A stretch of DNA of 54,431 nucleotides. Source: an uncultured Verrucomicrobiota bacterium. GTDB taxonomy: Bacteria; Verrucomicrobiota; Verrucomicrobiia; Chthoniobacterales; JACTMZ01. Under the pieces are notes generated by a model, which saw only the letters and a list, made by a program, of their open reading frames with translations, did no database searches and had not been told where the DNA came from. Positions 15,093 through 23,017 of this stretch are shown here, piece after piece. Numbering within the stretch: position 1 is the stretch's first letter; every line of letters begins with the position of its first letter. A program made the position numbers and the translations under genes. The DNA lies in NCBI GenBank assembly GCA_903934135.1, contig CAIZMQ010000057.1:1-54431 (forward strand), given 5' to 3'.

Positions 15093-16763
15093 TTAAAATT
15101 CCGCCCAAGCGCGGAAAACGAGCATTGGACTGCCGGCCGGTCGGTAGCTATCCGCCTCGGTCGAGCCTTGCGAGATTTGCGGAATTCCGACGTAGACCGC
15201 ACTATTGAGCCACTCCATGAATGTGGCCACCGCCCCGAAGCCGACGCTGAGCAGGTTGAAGCTGGTGGTCTGTTCGGGCAACGGGTCATTGATGAAGACG
15301 GAACCGGCATCCAGGAAGCCGAGCAGGCGGACTTCGTGCCGGTCGTTTTTGATCCACCAGCGCAGCAGCGAAGGGGTGCGGACTTCCAATGTGCCGGCGA
15401 TGGCGCTGTCTCCCACCGCTTGGGATTCGAGGTAGCCGCGCACCGTGGTGAGGCCGCCGACCGAAAATTGCTCGCTGTCGACCAAGGCGTTGTCGGTGGC
15501 CTGGCCTTGGAGCAGCGCTTTGACTTGGAAGTCCTGCCAGAGGTCGTGCTCGTAGCTGGTCAGGCCGCGGAAGTAAAAATAGTTGCCGTTGGCCGCGTAG
15601 CGCCGGTTGTCGAATTCCACCTCCCCGCTGCCCATCCCGCGGAAATGCCAGTTGAAGGACCCGTCGAATTGGAAGCGGTAATCCTTGCCCATCCAGAAAC
15701 CGTTGTAGCTGAGGAGGAAGGGGTAGTAGGTGACCGGCGAGGAATCGACCAACACGTTGTTGACGGACAGCGACTGCTCGAAATTCTTGTAGTCCATCCC
15801 GAAGGTGAGGTTGTGGAACATGCCGGTGTGGCGGGTGGGCAACTCGGCGATGAGGCGTCCGCCATAGATCTCGCCGTTGCCGGTCGAAGCGCTGCCTCCG
15901 AGGGTCGAGACGTCGCTGTTTTGACGGATGGCCTGCGCCATGAGGGAGAGCCACTCCACGCGCGGTACCGGGGCGAGGTAGTAACCGGAGTAGACGAGGG
16001 CATCGTCGGCGTCCTGCGGTGCGACTTGGAATGCCGCGCCGATGGTGTGGCCGAGCTGCCAGAGATTGTCGTAGCGCAAAGAGGCGTCGAGGCGCAGTGG
16101 CGTGGTGTTGGCGCTGTAGCGGTTGTTCAGCTCCACGCTGCCGTGGAGGGGAAAGGAATCTTCCACCACCAACTCCACGTCAACCGAGCCCGGCATGGCG
16201 CCGGGTTTGAATTCCGGTGTGACCCGCAGATCGGCGCGCCGGTTGAGGCGGATAACATCCTTCTCCACGTCGCGGAAGTTCGGGATGGACCCCACGGCGA
16301 GGGAGGGAGCGAGGCGTTTGATCCTTTCAATGTCGTGGTATTTCGATCCCCGGACGGTGAGCCGACCAACGGGCATTTCCTGCACGCTGAGGACAATGAC
16401 CCCGCTGGTCGGATCTTGCGGCGGAACCTCGACGACCACCGTCTGGTAACCGGCACGATGGTATCTTTGCTCGAGCGAGGCGCGGGCCAATTCGACATCC
16501 TCCGCCGTGCGCTCCGGGCCGAGATAAGCATAGACGGCATAATCGACCTGGTCGCGCGGCAGGTGGCGCGATCCGATCACGCGGTATTCGCGAATGTGGA
16601 AAGATGGAGGCGGCAAGTCGGAGGCCGTGCTTTCACCCTCCGCGTCCGTGGTCGGCACGGCCCGCGCGTCCTCGCGGGGCGCGGCCAGAAATACGGTCAG
16701 GGCCGCTGCGAGTAAGCAGGCGCGCACCCAGACAAAGCGGACCGATATGGCGGGCAAGGACAT
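15093..16763 (-). CDS. ShlB/FhaC/HecB-type two-partner-secretion (TpsB) outer-membrane transporter, with no TpsA partner in the window
   Basis: POTRA-like FHIREYRVIGSRHLPRDQVDYAVYAYLGPERTAEDVELARASLEQRYHRAGYQTVVVEVPPQD..GVIVLSVQEMPVGRLTV. Barrel with GGLTTVRGY and GFLDAGSV motifs and terminal ...FRAWAEF. I chose ATG 16763 because the upstream part of the ORF overlaps pstB. Confidence 0.85.
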   Translation of the reverse strand: MSLPAISVRFVWVRACLLAAALTVFLAAPREDARAVPTTDAEGESTASDLPPPSFHIREYRVIGSRHLPRDQVDYAVYAYLGPERTAEDVELARASLEQRYHRAGYQTVVVEVPPQDPTSGVIVLSVQEMPVGRLTVRGSKYHDIERIKRLAPSLAVGSIPNFRDVEKDVIRLNRRADLRVTPEFKPGAMPGSVDVELVVEDSFPLHGSVELNNRYSANTTPLRLDASLRYDNLWQLGHTIGAAFQVAPQDADDALVYSGYYLAPVPRVEWLSLMAQAIRQNSDVSTLGGSASTGNGEIYGGRLIAELPTRHTGMFHNLTFGMDYKNFEQSLSVNNVLVDSSPVTYYPFLLSYNGFWMGKDYRFQFDGSFNWHFRGMGSGEVEFDNRRYAANGNYFYFRGLTSYEHDLWQDFQVKALLQGQATDNALVDSEQFSVGGLTTVRGYLESQAVGDSAIAGTLEVRTPSLLRWWIKNDRHEVRLLGFLDAGSVFINDPLPEQTTSFNLLSVGFGAVATFMEWLNSAVYVGIPQISQGSTEADSYRPAGSPMLVFRAWAEF

Positions 16764-16811
16764 TGACCTTTCAGAATAGGACGGGAATGCCTCCGCAGGA
16801 CAGCCGCGGAA

Positions 16812-16829
16812 TGTGAACTTTCCGTCACA
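16812..16829. promoter_or_regulatory. Perfect palindrome TGTGA-N8-TCACA in the 92-nt gap between pstB and the TpsB/Ton operon
   Basis: Sequence is aaTGTGAactttccgTCACAtg, 49-66 nt upstream of the TpsB-like start codon. It is identical in half-sites and spacing to 933-950. Confidence 0.5.
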
Positions 16830-16855
16830 TGGACCATTTCCGACAGAGTAAAGGG

Positions 16856-17671
16856 TCAGCCGAAGCGGCCGGTGATGTAGTCCTCGGTGCGTTTTTCCGA
16901 GGGGCTGGTGAAAATTTTCGCCGTGGTGCCGAATTCCACCAACTTGCCAAGGTAGAAGAAGCCGGTGTGGTCGGAGCAGCGGGTGGCCTGCTGCATGTTG
17001 TGGGTCACGATGACAATGGTGAACTCTTTCTTCAGCTCGCTGATCAGTTGTTCGACCCGGGCCGTGGCGATGGGATCCAGGGCGGAGCAAGGCTCGTCCA
17101 TGAGCAGAACCTTGGGCCGGTTGGCAATGGCGCGCGCAATGCAGAGGCGCTGCATTTGCCCGCCGGAAAGCCCGAGGGCGCTCTCGTGCAAGCGGTCTTT
17201 GACCTCGTCCCACAAGGCGGCGCCGCGCAGGCTGCGCTCGGCCGCCTCGTCGAGTTGGGTGCGATCGTGCAGTCCGCAGATACGCAGGCTGTAGACCACG
17301 TTTTCATAAATCGACTTGGCGAAGGGATTCGACCGTTGGAAAACCATGCCGACCAATCTTCGCAAGGCGATGACTTCGAGGGTCGGATCCCAAAGGCTGC
17401 GTCCGGCCAGCGTAATTTCCCCGGTGTGCCGCACACCGTCGATCAATTCGTTCATCCGGTTGAAATTGCGGAGGAGGGTCGTTTTCCCACAGCCGGATGG
17501 TCCGATGAACGCGGTGACCTGACGCTCGGGAATATCGAGGACAACGTCGTGCAGGGCCTGGTTTTTACCGTAGAAGAAGTTGAAGTCGCGCACCGAGATG
17601 ATGGGCCGCCCCCCGGCAGGCGGGGTTGCCTCCTGGGTGGTGCGTGGTACGGAAGTGGTCGCGTCGGGCAT
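16856..17671 (-). CDS. pstB: Phosphate ABC transporter ATP-binding protein
   Basis: [58 protein letters not shown] and [11 protein letters not shown]. Confidence 0.97.
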   Translation of the reverse strand: MPDATTSVPRTTQEATPPAGGRPIISVRDFNFFYGKNQALHDVVLDIPERQVTAFIGPSGCGKTTLLRNFNRMNELIDGVRHTGEITLAGRSLWDPTLEVIALRRLVGMVFQRSNPFAKSIYENVVYSLRICGLHDRTQLDEAAERSLRGAALWDEVKDRLHESALGLSGGQMQRLCIARAIANRPKVLLMDEPCSALDPIATARVEQLISELKKEFTIVIVTHNMQQATRCSDHTGFFYLGKLVEFGTTAKIFTSPSEKRTEDYITGRFG

Positions 17672-17674
17672 GGG

Positions 17675-18565
17675 TCAGTGTTTTTTGCTGAAAACGAGTT
17701 GAGCGGTCACGTTGGTCGCGGTGACAAGGAGAACCAGCACGAGGGAAGCGGTCCAAGCCATTTTCACCTGATATTCGAAGGGAACGGTGGAAAAATTGTA
17801 AATGAGCACGGCCAGCGATGCCGTCGGCTCCATCAGTGAGGACATCCAGAACTGGCTGAAAAGCGCGGTGAAGACAAGCGGTGCGGTTTCGCCGGCCGCG
17901 CGGGCCACGGCAAGCATCACTCCGGTCATGATGGCCGGCATGGCCTCCGGGAGGACGATGCGGGTGATGGTCTGGAAGCGTGTCGCACCGAGGCCGTAGG
18001 AAGCCTCGCGGTAGGCGAGTTGCACGCCGAGCAGGGCCTGCTCGGAGGTGAGCAAGATGGTCGGCAGCATGAGTACGCCGAGGGCGACACCGCCGGCCAG
18101 GGCGGAAAATTTTCCGGTGGCCAAAACAATCGCGGCGAAGGCGAAGACGCCGCAGATGATGGACGGGATACCGGTGAGGAGTTTGGCCGTGAAGCGGGTG
18201 ATGGTTGCGAGGCGCCCGGCTGGCTCGTATTCGCAGATGTAGATCGCGGCGAGGATGCCGGGCGGCCCGGACAGGGCCAGTCCGATCCCGACCATGAGGA
18301 ACGTGCCGACCACCGCGTTGCCGAAGCCGCCTCCGGTCATTCCGGCCGCGGGCGGCAACTGGGTGAAAATCGACCAGTCAAGCAAAGGCAGGCCGTTCTT
18401 CATCACCAGATACAGGATGGAAGCGAGGGGAACGAGCGCCGCGAAGGATAGCGCGATGCACAGGCCGGTGAGGAGACGGTTGCCCAAAGAGCGACCGATC
18501 AGTTTGGTCGACTCGATGCCGTCTTCTTTGAAAAAGTCCTCGGCGTGGGTAAGAGGATTATCCAT
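17675..18565 (-). CDS. pstA: Phosphate ABC transporter permease PstA
   Basis: Polytopic protein with the loop YREASYGLGATRFQTITRIVLPEAMPAIMTG. Positioned between pstC and pstB. Confidence 0.93.
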   Translation of the reverse strand: MDNPLTHAEDFFKEDGIESTKLIGRSLGNRLLTGLCIALSFAALVPLASILYLVMKNGLPLLDWSIFTQLPPAAGMTGGGFGNAVVGTFLMVGIGLALSGPPGILAAIYICEYEPAGRLATITRFTAKLLTGIPSIICGVFAFAAIVLATGKFSALAGGVALGVLMLPTILLTSEQALLGVQLAYREASYGLGATRFQTITRIVLPEAMPAIMTGVMLAVARAAGETAPLVFTALFSQFWMSSLMEPTASLAVLIYNFSTVPFEYQVKMAWTASLVLVLLVTATNVTAQLVFSKKH

Positions 18566-18570
18566 ACACG

Positions 18571-19527
18571 TCAGCGGATACCCGCCGTTCTTCGTTCGGT
18601 GTAACGCAGCACGGCTTCGCCGGCGAAATTGACTGCGAGGGTCAGGGCGACGAGCACCAGTGCGGCATACATCAAAGCGGCGACCTGCATGCCCTCGGCC
18701 TCGCCGAATTGGTTGGCCAGCAGGCTGGCCAGGGTGCCGGAAGGGGCAAAAAGCGACCAGGAAAGTCGTGAACTGTTCCCGATGAGCATGGCCACGGCCA
18801 TCGTTTCACCCATGGCCCGTCCCAGCGCGAGGATGGTTGCCGCGACCACCCCCGGTGCGGCGGTGGGCAGGATCACCCCGAGGATGGTCTCCCAGCGGGT
18901 GGCGCCGAGGGCGTAAGCGCCCTCGCGCAAAGTCCGCGGCACGGCGACAAGCGATGCGCGTGAGATCGCGGTGATGGTGGGCAGCACCATGAGGGCGAGG
19001 ACTACTCCGGCGGTGAGCAGGGAATTGCCGTAAGCGGGACCGGTCAGGAAAGGAAGATGGCCGAAGCGCTCCGTGACCCAAGTGCCGAGGGATTGGATGA
19101 GGGGAACCACCACAAAGATGCCCCACAGTCCGTAGACCACGCTGGGGATGGCGGCGAGAAGCTCGACGACAAAACGGACAAAGTCACGAGCGTGCCGGGG
19201 CAGGAAATCTTCGCTCAAAAAGATGGCAATGGCCAACCCCGGCGGGAAAGCCAGCAGCAAGGCGATGATCGCGGTGGCTACGGTTCCGACAAGGAAGGGC
19301 AGCACACCGTAGCGGTCGCGGTTGGGCTGCCACTGCGCGCCGGTCAGAAAACCAAGGCCGTATTCCTCCAGGGCCGGTTTGGCTTCCTGGAAAACCTCCC
19401 AGAAAATCCAGCCGAGCACGAAGACCGAGGAGGCTGCTGCGACGGCGGTGAACCAACGGAAAAAATCCGGAAGCCTGCGCGCCACGCTGCCATGGATGCC
19501 GCCCGAGCCGGTCTTGTCGGTCGTCAT
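18571..19527 (-). CDS. pstC: Phosphate ABC transporter permease PstC
   Basis: Polytopic protein with the loop LREGAYALGATRWETILGVILPTAAPGVVAA. Positioned after pstS. Confidence 0.93.
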   Translation of the reverse strand: MTTDKTGSGGIHGSVARRLPDFFRWFTAVAAASSVFVLGWIFWEVFQEAKPALEEYGLGFLTGAQWQPNRDRYGVLPFLVGTVATAIIALLLAFPPGLAIAIFLSEDFLPRHARDFVRFVVELLAAIPSVVYGLWGIFVVVPLIQSLGTWVTERFGHLPFLTGPAYGNSLLTAGVVLALMVLPTITAISRASLVAVPRTLREGAYALGATRWETILGVILPTAAPGVVAATILALGRAMGETMAVAMLIGNSSRLSWSLFAPSGTLASLLANQFGEAEGMQVAALMYAALVLVALTLAVNFAGEAVLRYTERRTAGIR

Positions 19528-19543
19528 GGGGAGACGGATAGGC

Positions 19544-20545
19544 TTAATCGATGGTGGAAAGCGCCGCGTTGGCCTTGGCCACGACGGACTCGGGCAGCGG
19601 AATGTAGCCGAGATCCACCGCGAAGGACTGGCCCTCGGTCAGTCCGTAAGTGACGAAGTCCTTGAGCGCTTTGAGCTTCGCGGCATTGTCATAGGTTTTG
19701 TAAAGCAAGAGCCAGGTGAACGAAGTAATAGGATAGCCGTCAGGTGCCGCGGTGTCGACCGGCCAGGCGCGGAGATTTTCCGGCAACTCGACCGAGGCCA
19801 GCGCGGCGGCGCCGCTGAGTGGAGTGGGGACAATGAAGTTGCCCGACTTGTTTTCGACCGAAGCGACCGGCAATTTATTCTGTTCGGCGTAGCCGAATTC
19901 GACATAACCGATGGAGCCGGGAGTCTGTTTGACCAGTGCGGTGACCCCCTCGTTGCCTTTGCCGCCTACCCCGACCGGGAAAGTCACCGATTTGTCATAA
20001 CCCACCTCTTCATCGAATTCAGGGCTGATCGCGGCCAGATGTTGGGTGAAGACATACGTTGTACCGCTTCCGTCCGAGCGGTAGGCCACCGTGATGGGTC
20101 GTGCGGGGAGCGGCAGGTCGGGGTTGGCCGCGACAATGGCCGGATCGTTCCACTTGGTGATTGTGCCCAAAAAAATACCGGCCAGCGCGGCGCGGGACAG
20201 CCTGAGTCCGGTCACGCCTTCGAGATTGTAGGCCAATACCACGCTGCCTGCGGTGACCGGAACCATCACCGCCCCGCGTGGCGATTTGGCAATTTCGGCA
20301 TCGGTTATGGCTGCATCGCTTGCCCCGAAATCGACCACCCCTTGGAGGAAGTTTTTCACCCCGGCCCCGCTGCCGACTGACTGGTAGTTCACCTCGATGG
20401 CCGGAACCTGTTTGTTGTATTCGACCGCCCAGCGCTGGTAGAGCGGCGCGGGGAAGGTGGCGCCCGCACCAGATAGTTGCTGGGCATGGAGTGGCGCGGT
20501 GAAACCGGCTGCCAAGATGGCAAAATGAAACAATGACTTCTTCAT
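19544..20545 (-). CDS. pstS: Phosphate-binding protein PstS
   Basis: ATG 20545 gives MKKSLFHFAILAAGFTAPLHA, then SGAGATFPAPLYQRWAVEYN, ASDAAITD and YRSDGSGTTYVFTQHL. Confidence 0.95.
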   Translation of the reverse strand: MKKSLFHFAILAAGFTAPLHAQQLSGAGATFPAPLYQRWAVEYNKQVPAIEVNYQSVGSGAGVKNFLQGVVDFGASDAAITDAEIAKSPRGAVMVPVTAGSVVLAYNLEGVTGLRLSRAALAGIFLGTITKWNDPAIVAANPDLPLPARPITVAYRSDGSGTTYVFTQHLAAISPEFDEEVGYDKSVTFPVGVGGKGNEGVTALVKQTPGSIGYVEFGYAEQNKLPVASVENKSGNFIVPTPLSGAAALASVELPENLRAWPVDTAAPDGYPITSFTWLLLYKTYDNAAKLKALKDFVTYGLTEGQSFAVDLGYIPLPESVVAKANAALSTID

Positions 20546-20709
20546 GAGCGAAAGATTGGGGGTAAAGTCTCGCCGTTCGGCGGGCGCGAAAGAAGCGAAA
20601 AGCATGGCCGTGGCGGATTTGTCACATTTGGAGCCGGGTTTTTCCGAGACTTTAGGAAGTTTGTTCCACGGCTTGCGGCCGGATCCCCGCAAGCCTAGTC
20701 TTTATTGCG

Positions 20710-21402
20710 ATGGATCTGACCACGGCCAAACATATTTTGGGCGATTTTGACGACGCCCTGCGCACGATGCGTGACACGGTGTTGATGATGGCTTCACTGA
20801 CCGAGCGCCTGCTGGCCTCCGCCAGTGAAAGTCTTTCCGCCCGCAGCTTCGAAGCTTGCGAGAGGGTCATTGCGGACGATGCGGAAATTGACATGTTGGA
20901 GAAGTCGGTCGACGAGGCCGGTGTTGCTATTTTGGTCCGGTTCCAACCGTTGGCCAACGACCTGCGTGAGGTCGTTGCCGCGATGAAGGTCAGCACCAAC
21001 CTCGAACGCGTTGGTGATCAGGCCGTGGGGATCGCCCGCCGTGCCCGCCGCCTCAACGAATCCCTTGCCCTGCCCGAGACAGACCGCTTGGTCAAAATGT
21101 GTCGCGTCGCGGCGGACATTTTTCGCGACAGCATCCGGAGTTACGCCGACCGCGACGAGGGGTTGGCGCGCGGACTAAAGGAGCGCGACCGCGAGCTCGA
21201 TGCCATGCACCACGCCTACATCGATCAGTTGACCGCGCGGATGGCTGAGGACACCGGTCGCATTCGCGATTATCTCGATCTCGTGCTCATGGCGCGTAAT
21301 CTCGAACGCGTTGGTGACCACGCCACAAACATCGCCGAAGACGCCGTCTTCGCCGCATCGGCCGAAGATATTCGCCACACCACGCCACCCCCGGGAGCCT
21401 GA
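20710..21402 (+). CDS. phoU: Phosphate signalling complex protein PhoU
   Basis: Two PhoU repeats with NLERVGDQAVGIARRA and NLERVGDHATNIAEDA. Divergent from pstS. Confidence 0.93.
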   Translation: MDLTTAKHILGDFDDALRTMRDTVLMMASLTERLLASASESLSARSFEACERVIADDAEIDMLEKSVDEAGVAILVRFQPLANDLREVVAAMKVSTNLERVGDQAVGIARRARRLNESLALPETDRLVKMCRVAADIFRDSIRSYADRDEGLARGLKERDRELDAMHHAYIDQLTARMAEDTGRIRDYLDLVLMARNLERVGDHATNIAEDAVFAASAEDIRHTTPPPGA

Positions 21403-21408
21403 GTGCCC

Positions 21409-22047
21409 TTAAAGTCCGCGCGGGGAAGCGGAAGGTGTGCCCGCGAACCTTTCTGGTGGCGGCGCGGGAGCTTCAGACGCGGCTGGCGTCGCAGACGGCA
21501 CCAGCTTGGGCAGCCGTTCGGCCAACGGTTGTTGGAAAATATCGACCCGTGCGCCGACGCCCACGCGGTCGAACAAGGCAATGATATCCCTCGAGCGCAT
21601 GCGGATGCAGCCGTAGCTGACGGGGATGCCGATATTGCGCTCCTCCGGTGTACCGTGGATGTAAATGAAGCGGCCGAAGCTGTTCCCGTTGTGACCCTCT
21701 TTGCCGCCGAGCCAGAGGATGCGGGTGACGATGGGATCGCGTCCCGGCGCATCAACCGGCAGCACCTCGCCGGTGAAACGGCGCGACTTGAAAACCGCGC
21801 CCGGCGGCAAACCGTGGCCGATTTTTTTCAGCACGCGGTGCTTGCCGAGTGGGGTGCCGTAGCTGCCCGGCCGCGAACTCAGCCCGAATTTCGAGGTCGA
21901 GATGGGAAAGGTCGCCACGGGCTGACCTTGATCGGTGACGAGCATCTTCTGGTCGGTCACGCTGATGTGCATGACATGACGGTTGTCGAGCTGCGCACAG
22001 CCGGTAAAAAGCAGGGGGAGGAAAAAGAAAATCGGACGGATCCTCAT
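21409..22047 (-). CDS. L,D-transpeptidase (YkuD domain) lipoprotein
   Basis: Lipobox LLFTGC. Catalytic region IYIHGTPEERNIGIPVSYGCIRMRSRD. Confidence 0.88.
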   Translation of the reverse strand: MRIRPIFFFLPLLFTGCAQLDNRHVMHISVTDQKMLVTDQGQPVATFPISTSKFGLSSRPGSYGTPLGKHRVLKKIGHGLPPGAVFKSRRFTGEVLPVDAPGRDPIVTRILWLGGKEGHNGNSFGRFIYIHGTPEERNIGIPVSYGCIRMRSRDIIALFDRVGVGARVDIFQQPLAERLPKLVPSATPAASEAPAPPPERFAGTPSASPRGL

Positions 22048-22298
22048 AGAGAGACGATAACTTAGCACAGCGCTCTGATCGGAGCGAGCGACCCAGAGTC
22101 TCCTGATATGAGAACAGTATCCCGAAACGGCGCGGCAAAAAGTTTTTTGAACGGAGGACCGTTGGCGTGGTCAGAAATATCGGTTTGGTTTGCGCCAAGA
22201 GCCGCCGGGCCGGTCAGTTTTCTTGTTTTCTGATCGGAATCACCGGCGGCTCACTTTTTTATCTTGAGCAGAGCGCCCCGCTTCCTAGCGTCCACGAC

Positions 22299-23009
22299 GT
22301 GAATCCCGCCCAGACCAAGCCGGCTACAGTTCTGGTTATCGAGGACGAGGCCGACATGTTGGAGTTGGTCCGTTACCATATGGACAAAGCGGGGCTCCGC
22401 GTTCTTCTTGCGCGCGATGGCCGGCAGGGACTGGAGAAAGCCCGGGCTGAATCCCCGGATGTCATCGTGCTCGACCTCATGTTACCGGCCATGAGCGGAG
22501 AGGATGTGTGCCGGGAGCTAAAGGCGGGCGATGCCACCACCGCCATTCCGGTCATCATGCTCACGGCCAAGGCCCAACCGGAAGAACGGATCGCCGGCCT
22601 CGAACTCGGGGCGGACGACTACGTGGCCAAGCCTTTCAGTCCGCGCGAGCTTGTCCTTCGTGTCCAAGGCATCCTGCGCCGTCAGCGCGTACCGGGCGCG
22701 GGGGATACGCTGGCTTTCGGACCTTTCGAACTCGATCGGGGTATCTTTGAGGTGCGCCTCGAAGGCGAGCGTCTCGACCTGACGGCCATCGAGTTCAAAC
22801 TCCTTGCCACGCTGATGGAAAAGCGCGGCGCACCGATGGCGCGGGTCGATCTGCTGCGCGATGTCTGGGGCTACCGTAATCTGATCGACAGTCGCACGGT
22901 CGATACTCACATGCGGCGGTTGCGAGCCAAACTTGGATGCCATGCCGACTGCCTCGCCACGGTGCGCGGCGAAGGTTATTGCTTCAACGCGGGAAGGACG
23001 GAACCTTGA
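22299..23009 (+). CDS. phoB: OmpR-family response regulator, PhoB-like
   Basis: VLVIEDEADM, VIVLDLMLPAMSG and winged-helix RTVDTHMRRLRAKL. The start is uncertain (I preferred GTG 22299; the ORF opens at GTG 22167). Confidence 0.88.
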   Translation: MNPAQTKPATVLVIEDEADMLELVRYHMDKAGLRVLLARDGRQGLEKARAESPDVIVLDLMLPAMSGEDVCRELKAGDATTAIPVIMLTAKAQPEERIAGLELGADDYVAKPFSPRELVLRVQGILRRQRVPGAGDTLAFGPFELDRGIFEVRLEGERLDLTAIEFKLLATLMEKRGAPMARVDLLRDVWGYRNLIDSRTVDTHMRRLRAKLGCHADCLATVRGEGYCFNAGRTEP

Positions 23010-23017
23010 GCTGGTCG

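Noticed and set aside
11660-15208. Very long plus-strand ORF (1182 aa) spanning the tonB/exbD/exbB region
   Set aside because: Its translation is Arg/Gly/Pro-rich with no family motifs. It is antisense to four genes with clear TonB, ExbD, ExbB and TpsB signatures. Long stop-free antisense frames are expected in GC-rich DNA. The same reasoning applies to 9864-11408 (+) and 14781-16715 (+).
20546-20709. Possible Pho box in the pstS/phoU divergent region (TTGTCACAT at 20618-20626)
   Set aside because: There is only one half-site resembling the E. coli CTGTCAT unit. No second repeat occurs at the 11-bp phase. A 7-mer match is expected several times by chance in 54 kb. A lineage-specific Pho-box model would be needed.
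22167-22298. N-terminal 44-aa extension of the phoB ORF
   Set aside because: The extension (MVRNIGLVCAKSRRAGQFSCFLIG...) has no counterpart in OmpR-family receivers. The GTG at 22299 gives a normal distance to the DE acidic pocket. The region more likely holds the phoBR promoter.
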